DNA of 64,000 bases from assembly GCA_965224705.1 (NCBI GenBank), contig OZ245056.1, forward strand, positions 800,001 to 864,000. The letters run 5' to 3'. A program made the position numbers and the translations under genes. Shown one piece after another: positions 55,988-64,000 of the stretch. The notes beneath the pieces are model-generated. The model was not told where the DNA came from, made no database searches, and was given only the letters and a program-made list of their open reading frames with translations. Numbering within the stretch: position 1 is the stretch's first letter; every line of letters starts with the position of its first letter. Origin of the DNA: Spirochaetaceae bacterium. GTDB lineage: Bacteria > Spirochaetota > Spirochaetia > DSM-2461.

Positions 55988-56806
55988 GTGGATAGTCTTC
56001 TCCGGATATTGAGCGCAATCCTCTCTACATCAATTTTTGCGTCTTTACTTGGAGTCGGGCTTGCAGTTGCTTCCAGAAAATTCAGTGTCAGTAGAAGTCC
56101 TGTCCTGGAAAAACTTATCTCTGTTTTACCGGGATTAAACTGCGGGGGCTGCGGATATTCAGGCTGTGAGGCATATGCGGCAGCTCTGGCAGAAGAGAGA
56201 GATACGGAACCCGGGAGATGCTGCCCTGGTGGTCCCGAAGTTTCAAATGCACTTTCTCAAATACTGGGAATTGAATCAGTGGAGAATTCAAAACGCATGG
56301 TGGCACATCTGGCCTGTCAGGGGGGGGATGGCATCGCTGTTCGAGATTTTCTCTATCATGGATATGCTGATTGCGAAGCTGTCAAGGTCCATTTTGAAGG
56401 GGATAAGGGATGTAAGTATGGTTGTCTTGGTCTGGGCAGTTGTGTAAAATCCTGTCCCGCCGATGCCATATCATACCTGGATAATGGGTTGGTCGATGTT
56501 GATCAATCTCGTTGCATAGCCTGTAGAAATTGTGTTACAATATGTCCATCAGGGGTTATGAAGATGATCCCGGCAGATGCGCAGTGGTTTGTTGCCTGTA
56601 ATTCATTGGATACGGCAAAGACAACCAGATCTCTGTGTCGTCTTGGATGCATCGGTTGTCGTATCTGTGAGCGAAAAGCCCCTGATGCAGGCTTCTCCTT
56701 TACAGACAATCTTGCAAGCCTGACTTATGAAAAAAACGGTACGGCCGGGAGTGATGAAGCTGCGGAAGCCTGTCCGTCAAAATGTATAATTAGAATCAAT
56801 AACTGA
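55988..56806 (+). CDS. rnfB: Rnf complex subunit B
   Basis: LPGLNCGGCGYSGC, CKYGCLGLGSC and ferredoxin motifs. Confidence 0.93.
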   Translation: MDSLLRILSAILSTSIFASLLGVGLAVASRKFSVSRSPVLEKLISVLPGLNCGGCGYSGCEAYAAALAEERDTEPGRCCPGGPEVSNALSQILGIESVENSKRMVAHLACQGGDGIAVRDFLYHGYADCEAVKVHFEGDKGCKYGCLGLGSCVKSCPADAISYLDNGLVDVDQSRCIACRNCVTICPSGVMKMIPADAQWFVACNSLDTAKTTRSLCRLGCIGCRICERKAPDAGFSFTDNLASLTYEKNGTAGSDEAAEACPSKCIIRINN

Positions 56807-56867
56807 GGGGATGAGTTGCAGTTTATTGCCATGGGGGGGGAATGGCGATGAATCATGGAATACTTGG

Positions 56868-58844
56868 ATGAGTAAGGTGAAACTAATTTTCGGTACACAA
56901 AATGCAGTCCCTGCTGCTGAACCCCATGACTTTTATGAGAAGACCTATGCCAGGGCTTTGAAGCCATTCCTTACAACAATATACAATCATTCAGATATCT
57001 GTACTACACTTTTTTACTCCGGGTCATTGCTGGAATGGATCAATAAACATCATCCGGAATTCATAGATGTTCTTGCAGAATTAATGAGCAATAAGTCAAT
57101 TGAAATCCTCAGCGGAGCGTATTGGGAGCCAATGCTTTCATTAATCCCATCATCCGATCGAACCAGTCAAATTGAGTTGATGACTACTTATTTAAGGCAG
57201 AAATTCAGTAAACGCTCAATGGGAAGCTGGGTCTCCGGTCAGGTGTGGGAGTCATATCTTGCTTCATCCCTGCGCTCAACCGGTATGGATTATGCCTTTC
57301 TTACCGAACGAGCTTTTCCATGGTGTCAGAGAAAGATTCAACCACCGGTTATTGCGGAAGATCAGGGAAAAACAATTGTACTTTTTCCCGTCATGGATAG
57401 GCTGACAGATGAATTCCTGAAAGTACCGCCAGAACGAATAATTGAATCTCTATATGAGCTCAATTCAGTAGATGAGAAGGAATCTGTTGTTACACTGATT
57501 CTTGATGGTCAGAGATTTGGAAGTGGAAGCAGTTTCGGGATTTGTTATGATAATAAATGGCTTGAACGGTTTTTCAAGGCTATTGCCGATTCTCATTCAT
57601 GGCTTGAATGTATTCATCCCAGACAGTATCTCCGTGATTCCAGCAGAATCATGGAAAGAGTTTACATGTCCGGCCCATCATACAACTCATTGATGACCTG
57701 GTCCTCAACAGATGCGGAAGGTTCATTGAGCAAGCCTCAGAATCAAACATCAACAGATTATCGAGTACTTGAGTCCTATCGAAAGTTTTTTACAAAGTAT
57801 CGTGAAAGCAATCTCCTCTACGCCAAGATGATCCACATTGTCGCTCTCTCCAACCAGATACGGGGGGATAAGGAACGCAAAAAAAACGCAAAAGAGGCAT
57901 TATGGCGAGGTCAGGAGCATTATGCGTATTGGCATGGTCCTTCAGGTGGCATTTACAGGAGTCATTTACGGTATCATGCATACAGTGCATTAATTGAAGC
58001 TGAGAAAATCACCCGGGAAAGAGGGGTCTTCAAAGCCGCACTGACTTCGATGGATTTCGATATGGATGGCGAATTGGAATTCCTGTACCATGGCAGTAAT
58101 TTAAATGCCTATGTTCATAAGACAGGTGGTGTTTTATTTGAATTGGACTACCTGCCCATGGCTCATAATTACCTGGCAACTTTTTCAAGATACAGGGAGA
58201 ACTATCATTCGCCGATAATTGTCAGCAAAGGTTATGATACCTACCCTCGCCATGCCTTTATTGATCATATTTATTCATCTGGAGATGAATTCATTCGGCA
58301 GGAAAGCCCCTTCCCCTATATACAATATACAAAGGAAGAATTAGTCAGGGATCAATCAAGAATAATGCTTCGTGCTATAGGACCGGCGAATAATATCGGT
58401 AATGCATTACAGCTTGACAAAACATATCTCTTCCACCGAAATTCAATGGAAGTTGAATACAGATTTACCAACTTAACTCATAAGACGCTGAAGTTTTCAT
58501 GGGGTTCCGAAATAAACCTGGCTCTTGCAAGCGATCCCGATTTACGGAAAGTTTTTCTTAACATGGATTATCCTGGTCAGGAAGCCTCTGAAGACAGTGG
58601 TTTGGATTCCGATGTAAAAAGCTGGATCATTCTGGATGAAGAAAGAACTGTATTATTACAATTCAATCTTTCCGAGCCATCCAGGTTATTAAGAAAGCCG
58701 GTGTTTGCCGATTTTCGTGATGACGGAGAGTTCTACCACGGTTATCAGGGGAGTTTTTTCATGCCAATAAAAGAATTTGAGCTTTCGCCCGTCACTCCGC
58801 AGATATTCAAGATCTCTCTGCAGATAATACGGTCTAAGAAGTGA
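56868..58844 (+). CDS. GH57/DUF1925-DUF1926 alpha-amylase/4-alpha-glucanotransferase-like protein with degenerate catalytic motifs
   Basis: YSGSLLEWI, GAYWEPMLSLIP, FFTKYRESN, YWHGPSGGIY and DFDMDG. Confidence 0.82.
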   Translation: MSKVKLIFGTQNAVPAAEPHDFYEKTYARALKPFLTTIYNHSDICTTLFYSGSLLEWINKHHPEFIDVLAELMSNKSIEILSGAYWEPMLSLIPSSDRTSQIELMTTYLRQKFSKRSMGSWVSGQVWESYLASSLRSTGMDYAFLTERAFPWCQRKIQPPVIAEDQGKTIVLFPVMDRLTDEFLKVPPERIIESLYELNSVDEKESVVTLILDGQRFGSGSSFGICYDNKWLERFFKAIADSHSWLECIHPRQYLRDSSRIMERVYMSGPSYNSLMTWSSTDAEGSLSKPQNQTSTDYRVLESYRKFFTKYRESNLLYAKMIHIVALSNQIRGDKERKKNAKEALWRGQEHYAYWHGPSGGIYRSHLRYHAYSALIEAEKITRERGVFKAALTSMDFDMDGELEFLYHGSNLNAYVHKTGGVLFELDYLPMAHNYLATFSRYRENYHSPIIVSKGYDTYPRHAFIDHIYSSGDEFIRQESPFPYIQYTKEELVRDQSRIMLRAIGPANNIGNALQLDKTYLFHRNSMEVEYRFTNLTHKTLKFSWGSEINLALASDPDLRKVFLNMDYPGQEASEDSGLDSDVKSWIILDEERTVLLQFNLSEPSRLLRKPVFADFRDDGEFYHGYQGSFFMPIKEFELSPVTPQIFKISLQIIRSKK

Positions 58845-60042
58845 AGTTCATTCTTTCGTAGATTGATATTATCCATCTCCGGGATTCGTTATAGTAATCT
58901 GCTGATGCCAGGGAAAAAGAGGATATGGCTTTGCGGAAATCTTTCCTGTAATAGTATGTCTGTCCCAGATAGTAATGAATTCTACTTCTCATCTTCATAT
59001 CTATCCCATTGGAAGATGAGAGTGAGAACAACTCTTCTGATGACTTTTCCCAATCCTTCTGAGCAAATGAGCCTTCTAAAACAATTTTTCGCAATGCTTC
59101 CTGTCTCCTGTTTTGAGAGGAACCATGATCGACAGGCAACACATGAGGAATCAATAACTCTGGCGCATCCATCTTGATTGATTTGATAATTGACTGGATG
59201 ATGTACTCTGTTTCAGTACTGACTGGCTGGTGCGGCGGCATGGATACACTGACTTCAGGTATGAATGATCCATCCGGCATTTTTCCTGAAAGCCTGAGCT
59301 GCGGCAGAGGAGTTGAACGAAGTGCCGGGGGGTTCCCGTCTTCATCATAGGTAGTAACGATGGCTGGAGATAATGCGGCATAGTCCAGCATTTGTGCATA
59401 GGCGTAATCAAAGAGTTCCGCATCAACTGCCGCATAGTAGAATGGAACTCCCGGAACTGGCTTGTCGATGTAAGTAACAGATGTATCCGTTGATCGGCCA
59501 ATGATTCCTGCATGATCAAGGATTTCCGGTTTGCTGATGAACCGAAGACTGCGAAAGACAATAATCTCCCGATCCTCTTTATCGACTGTATATTTTATTT
59601 CAACACCTGAATCCTTCTGTTTTACTTCAAAATTCAGAAATTCGGCGATGTCAGTATTCATATCACTTCTTGATTGAACAACGACTGGAAGAGGGAAGTA
59701 ATTTCGCCATTCCTGAAATGTGTTGAAGGGCTTGCTGTCAATCACAGAGATTACAGCATACCACCACTCCCTTCCACCTGGAGGATTATCAGTATAGGTC
59801 TCTATACCGGGTGAAATCACTTTGAGAACTCTGGCTTTTGATTGATTACTCTGCGATATTCTATCATGATGACGAATAATTTTATATTTGACTCCTGAAC
59901 TCTCAGAATGATCACGCCAGGTGAGTATTACTTCCGATCCATTGCTTTTTACATCGATATCAGAAACTGAATAAGAGTTTTGACCGAACAATGCCGCTGT
60001 AAGGAACAAAAACAAGGCGCATGAGATTCCTGTATGTTTCAT
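58834..60042 (-). CDS. Exported hypothetical protein (Fn3-like N-terminus, TPR-like C-terminus)
   Basis: Signal peptide MKHTGISCALFLFLTAALFG; VILTW and YYAAV repeats; HYYLGQTYY. Confidence 0.6.
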   Translation of the reverse strand: MKHTGISCALFLFLTAALFGQNSYSVSDIDVKSNGSEVILTWRDHSESSGVKYKIIRHHDRISQSNQSKARVLKVISPGIETYTDNPPGGREWWYAVISVIDSKPFNTFQEWRNYFPLPVVVQSRSDMNTDIAEFLNFEVKQKDSGVEIKYTVDKEDREIIVFRSLRFISKPEILDHAGIIGRSTDTSVTYIDKPVPGVPFYYAAVDAELFDYAYAQMLDYAALSPAIVTTYDEDGNPPALRSTPLPQLRLSGKMPDGSFIPEVSVSMPPHQPVSTETEYIIQSIIKSIKMDAPELLIPHVLPVDHGSSQNRRQEALRKIVLEGSFAQKDWEKSSEELFSLSSSNGIDMKMRSRIHYYLGQTYYYRKDFRKAISSFSLASADYYNESRRWIISIYERMNFTS

Positions 60043-60097
60043 CTTTCTTATTATCGGCAAAGTTTACTGATCCTGCAATTTCATGTTAAATTAGGAT

Positions 60098-61189
60098 ATG
60101 AGTGCGATTAAAAGTTCCATGGATCTCTACAAACTTGCTTCCAGTCTCCAGAAAAATACCGAACCGGGGACTGAAAATCTTATCAAAGTTACAAGAGAAG
60201 AAATCAGCAATAAAGCAGCCAAGTTCCTGATACTGTCAGGCGCAGATGAAGCTGCAAAAATCATTGCCAGACTGAAACCGGAAGAAATTGAAGAGATTAC
60301 CAGTCAAATAATCAAGATTCGCCGAGTCGATACCAGCGAGGCGAAAACCATCATCAATGAAGTCGGTCAGTATTTTGGTGATATTGAGGTTAAAAAGGTT
60401 ACAGGGGGTGTTGATGCTGCCAGGAGTATACTGTCGAGAGCTTTCGGGGATGCCAGAGCTGAGAAACTTCTTGAAAAATCGCTGCCCGACGACCAGAAAA
60501 AACCATTCTACTTCCTGAACGATCTTACTGCTTCTCAGCTGATTGGTTTGCTTCAGAAGGAAAACCCGAGAACTCTGGCTCTGGTATCTGCCTATATCGA
60601 GCCACTGATGGCATCCCGCTTACTCAGATCTTTGCCGGATAAAGAACGAGTTGAAATCATTCTTCGAATGGCACGGACAGAACAGGTATCCCGGGAAGTT
60701 GTTTTAACGGTAGAAGAGACTCTCAGAGAAAAGCTGAGGGTGATTGGAACTGACGATAGTGAAGCTGTTGATGGTCAATCAGTATTGGTCGACATTCTTC
60801 GATGTATGAATAAAGATGATGAGAAACGTCTCTTAGAGGAACTCAATCAGGCTGATTGTAAACTTGCTGAACAGATCAAGAGTAAATTGTATACAATGGA
60901 TCTGATTCTGGACATGCGGGATACAGATCTCCAGGATCTGGTACGGGAATTTACAGACAGAGACATTGCCAGAATGCTCAAAGGACAAACTCAGGATATC
61001 AAAGACAGAATGATGGGTGCCCTCAGTGTGAGACGCCGCTTATTGGTGGACGATGAAACCGATCTGTCCGGCCCTGTTCCTGAAAAGGAAGTCGATGGAA
61101 TCAGTCAGGAATTTCTTAAAAAAATGCGTCAGGGAGAGGAAGAGGGAAAATACTTGATTGATAGGGGTGACGAAGAATTCATTGATTGA
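60098..61189 (+). CDS. fliG: Flagellar motor switch protein FliG paralogue (FliG1-like)
   Basis: KAAKFLI, GGVDAARSIL, PFYFL, ENPRTLALV and VDGQSVL; stands alone outside any flagellar operon. Confidence 0.8.
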   Translation: MSAIKSSMDLYKLASSLQKNTEPGTENLIKVTREEISNKAAKFLILSGADEAAKIIARLKPEEIEEITSQIIKIRRVDTSEAKTIINEVGQYFGDIEVKKVTGGVDAARSILSRAFGDARAEKLLEKSLPDDQKKPFYFLNDLTASQLIGLLQKENPRTLALVSAYIEPLMASRLLRSLPDKERVEIILRMARTEQVSREVVLTVEETLREKLRVIGTDDSEAVDGQSVLVDILRCMNKDDEKRLLEELNQADCKLAEQIKSKLYTMDLILDMRDTDLQDLVREFTDRDIARMLKGQTQDIKDRMMGALSVRRRLLVDDETDLSGPVPEKEVDGISQEFLKKMRQGEEEGKYLIDRGDEEFID

Positions 61190-61220
61190 CAAATCTGAAA
61201 ATTCTCAAATAATAGACAGA

Positions 61221-63035
61221 ATGACTGCTCACGAATTACGCCGTAAGTACATAGATTTCTTCATTTCCAAGAATCATGTGGAAATTTCAGGTAAGTCGCT
61301 CATACCTGAAAACGATCCAACTGTACTTTTTACAACGGCTGGCATGCATCCCCTGGTTCCCTATCTTCTCGGCCAGGAACATCCGGCCGGTAACAGACTG
61401 GTCGATGTGCAGAAGTGTATTCGCACCGGCGATATTGAATCCGTAGGAGATGCCTCTCATCTGACATTTTTCGAAATGCTGGGCAATTGGTCCTTACGTG
61501 ACTATTTCAAAAAGGAAGCCCTCACCTGGAGCCTTGAATTTCTCACATCACCAGAGTATCTGGGTCTGGATGTGAACAGAATCTCCGTTACTGTTTTCGA
61601 GGGCGACGAAAATGCACCATTCGACCAGGAATGCTATGATACCTGGATCAATCTTGGAATTCCTGCTGAACGAATCCATGCCCTGCCCAAAGAGGATAAC
61701 TGGTGGGGGCCGGCAGGACAGACTGGCCCATGCGGACCTGATTCAGAAATGTTTTACGATACCTGCATTGAAGCCTGTGGTCCTGATTGCCGCCCCGGTT
61801 GTTCCTGTGGGAAATACTTTGAGGTATGGAACGATGTGTTCATTCAATATGACAAACAGGCAGATGGCAGCTATAAACTTCTGCCCAAGCCCTGTGTTGA
61901 TACTGGAATGGGTGTCGAACGGACACTGACCATGCTTCTTGGGCAGAAGAATGTCTACGAAACCGAGATTTTCATATCTTTACTTGATGCTATTGCCGAT
62001 GTCAGTGGACGGTCGTATCAGGAAAATAATGATACAATCACCTCCTTCCGCATAATTGCTGATCATATAAAAACGTCTGTCATGATACTTGGAGATGACA
62101 ATGGTGTTAAACCATCCAACCTGGGACAGGGCTACATACTTCGGCGTTTGATCCGCCGGGCCGTTCGCCATGGGCTGAAGCTTGGTATACAGGATAATTT
62201 TCTTGGCATCCTTGCCGATTCTGTTCTGGAGATTTACGCAGAGATTTACGATGAACTCACGGACAGACGGGACATCATTATCAGTGAATTAGCCCTGGAG
62301 GAAACACAGTTCCGCAAAACACTGGAGCATGGACACAGGGAGTTTGATAAACTTCTCCCGGAACTGCAGAATAATCCCGACAGGATTATTCCCGGACAGG
62401 CCGCCTTCCATCTCTATGATACGTACGGTTTCCCCATAGAACTCACCGAGGAACTGGCCGCTGAACACGGTATGACAGTGGACAGGGATGGATTTGAGAG
62501 AGCCTTCAAAATGCACCAGAAAACATCCAGAAAAGGGGCAGATAAAACATTTAAGGGTGGTCTGGCTGACAATTCAGTTATGTCTACCCGGTATCATACG
62601 GCCACCCATCTGCTCCATGAAGCTCTGAGAGCCACCCTGGGTGACCATGTGGCTCAAAAAGGATCAAACATCACGACAGAACGCCTTCGTTTCGACTTTG
62701 TCCATCCCCAGCCCATGACTTCTGAAGAAAAGGCCAGAGTAGAAACGCTGGTCAATAAAAAAATTTCCGAGAACCTCAGTGTGACAATGGATACCATGAC
62801 TCTGCAGGAAGCTCGTGATTTGAATGCTCGAGCACTCTTTGAAGGGAAATACGATGAACAGGTGAAGGTTTATCGTATCGGAGATTTCTCAATGGAAGTC
62901 TGTGGGGGGCCTCATGTTAAATCAATTGGTGAATTGGGAGTTTTCAAAATTGTCAAGGAGCAATCCATCTCACGGGGAGTCAGACGAATCCGGGGAATTC
63001 TCACTGAGCAGCAGGAGATTTCGAAAAGCGGCTGA
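61221..63035 (+). CDS. alaS: Alanyl-tRNA synthetase, short form lacking the C-Ala domain
   Basis: LFTTAGMHP, HLTFFEMLGNWS, DTGMGVER, HTATHLLH and EVCGGPH; ends shortly after GVRRI. Confidence 0.96.
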   Translation: MTAHELRRKYIDFFISKNHVEISGKSLIPENDPTVLFTTAGMHPLVPYLLGQEHPAGNRLVDVQKCIRTGDIESVGDASHLTFFEMLGNWSLRDYFKKEALTWSLEFLTSPEYLGLDVNRISVTVFEGDENAPFDQECYDTWINLGIPAERIHALPKEDNWWGPAGQTGPCGPDSEMFYDTCIEACGPDCRPGCSCGKYFEVWNDVFIQYDKQADGSYKLLPKPCVDTGMGVERTLTMLLGQKNVYETEIFISLLDAIADVSGRSYQENNDTITSFRIIADHIKTSVMILGDDNGVKPSNLGQGYILRRLIRRAVRHGLKLGIQDNFLGILADSVLEIYAEIYDELTDRRDIIISELALEETQFRKTLEHGHREFDKLLPELQNNPDRIIPGQAAFHLYDTYGFPIELTEELAAEHGMTVDRDGFERAFKMHQKTSRKGADKTFKGGLADNSVMSTRYHTATHLLHEALRATLGDHVAQKGSNITTERLRFDFVHPQPMTSEEKARVETLVNKKISENLSVTMDTMTLQEARDLNARALFEGKYDEQVKVYRIGDFSMEVCGGPHVKSIGELGVFKIVKEQSISRGVRRIRGILTEQQEISKSG

Positions 63036-63129
63036 GAGAGCTCCTCTGAAAATCCCTTCGTCAATTTCTTGAGGACTTTTTGGACCCCCCTGGGAATAAC
63101 AGATGGGAATCATATAAACTGTCAGGAAC

Positions 63130-63147
63130 TCCATCTTTGCAGATGGA
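63130..63147. terminator. Hairpin between the convergent alaS and PBP genes
   Basis: TCCATCT-ttgc-AGATGGA; no clear U-tract. Confidence 0.3.
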
Positions 63148-63168
63148 CTGGAGTCCTCAGAGCCTCAA

Positions 63169-64000
63169 TCAATCCAGAAGACTGGATATCAACTCTTCGG
63201 ACTCAATATCGGATGATGATTCCCTGCCAGACTCACCCAAATCATTGCTGAGATACAGGGGATCAATACCAAGTTCTTCCAGGAGATCCTGAGTGGTTTT
63301 CTCGGACAAGTGCTGATCTTCCAGATTCAGACTGGACGAATCAACGGCCACTCTGATGGCCTGTAACTCTTCCCTTTCCTGTTCAAATGTCATTCTTGCG
63401 CTGGTTGACCTTGGTTGAGTTCCCGCAATGAAAACCTCATGCAGAAAGAACTCCTCAGGTGTATCTTCTGTTGGAAGCATTCCTGTTCGTCTATCAATTC
63501 TAACATCCACAATACCGGACTCAGGCCTTGGGAAGTCAATTCGGGGCAATCCTTCATGAATGGTTTTCATATACCTTGCCCACACTGGCCCTGTTGATGT
63601 GGCTCCTGTCTGGTTCTGGCCCAGCGAATTACCACGCTTATCAAAACCTATCCATACAGCCGTTGTGTAATAGGGACTGTAGCCTATTGTCCAGGCATCG
63701 GTCCAATTCTGGGTTGTACCGGTTTTACCGGCAATGGGCATGTTGTCGAATCCATCAACACTCCTCCTGGCATAGGAGAGAGTCCCGTTTCTAACAGTCG
63801 ACTGGAGCAGATTCGTCATCAGCCAGGCGGCCTGTGGCGAAAGAACCTGAAGGTTTTCATGTTCCTGATCCTGCCGAAGATCGCGTTCTGGATTGATGAT
63901 AACATTGCCGTCACGATCTTCAATGTAGCGAATTGCAAAAGGAGTGACCGCACGCCCGCGATTAGCCATGGTGGCATAGGCTCTTGCCAGGCTCACAGGG
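63169..64000 (-). CDS. Class A penicillin-binding protein (PBP1A), C-terminal part; 5' end outside the window
   Basis: ARAYATMANRG, AGKTGTTQNWTDAWTIGY and AVWIGFD motifs. Confidence 0.92.
   Translation of the reverse strand, partial: PVSLARAYATMANRGRAVTPFAIRYIEDRDGNVIINPERDLRQDQEHENLQVLSPQAAWLMTNLLQSTVRNGTLSYARRSVDGFDNMPIAGKTGTTQNWTDAWTIGYSPYYTTAVWIGFDKRGNSLGQNQTGATSTGPVWARYMKTIHEGLPRIDFPRPESGIVDVRIDRRTGMLPTEDTPEEFFLHEVFIAGTQPRSTSARMTFEQEREELQAIRVAVDSSSLNLEDQHLSEKTTQDLLEELGIDPLYLSNDLGESGRESSSDIESEELISSLLD

Noticed and set aside
1..64000. tRNA, rRNA, prophage or intact defence-system genes
   Set aside because: No cloverleaf or rRNA-like sequence was seen in the intergenic gaps, and no phage, cas, restriction-modification or retron hallmark proteins were recognised.

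Overview
Bacterial chromosomal window, very probably from a spirochaete (Spirochaetales). The gene order supports this: folP-cdaA-cdaR-acpS-DUF2225-truA-UDG-like-priA, def-fmt-PASTA, rnfCDGEAB next to a GH57 gene, and an orphan fliG next to a short alaS. Most of it is housekeeping, transport and energy metabolism: M16 peptidase, YejABEF, acs, an RND pump, hisS, pcnB, Rnf and PBP1A. The accessory content is the interesting part. (1) Six copies of a ~162-bp repeat with terminal inverted repeats fold into a long rod. Many differences between copies are compensatory or G-U-preserving, and four copies sit flush against stop codons in the same orientation. (2) A ~1.26-kb IS encodes a Zn-ribbon/HTH transposase with an apparent D-D-D triad, and a separate 114-bp MITE carries the same ends. 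(3) An AT-richer ~7-kb island, bordered by a frameshifted IS1634-like remnant, encodes a BCCT transporter, a 788-aa fusion of unknown function, RidA, a KGSA-dehydrogenase-like ALDH and an atypical M19 amidohydrolase. It looks like an uncharacterised betaine/osmolyte catabolic pathway. (4) Several apparent pseudo-enzymes (UDG-like, GH57-like, TPR-HEPN-like). (5) Repeated promoter layouts suggesting leaderless mRNAs. No CRISPR array, tRNA or rRNA was seen. All family assignments come from recognising motifs by eye, not from database searches.
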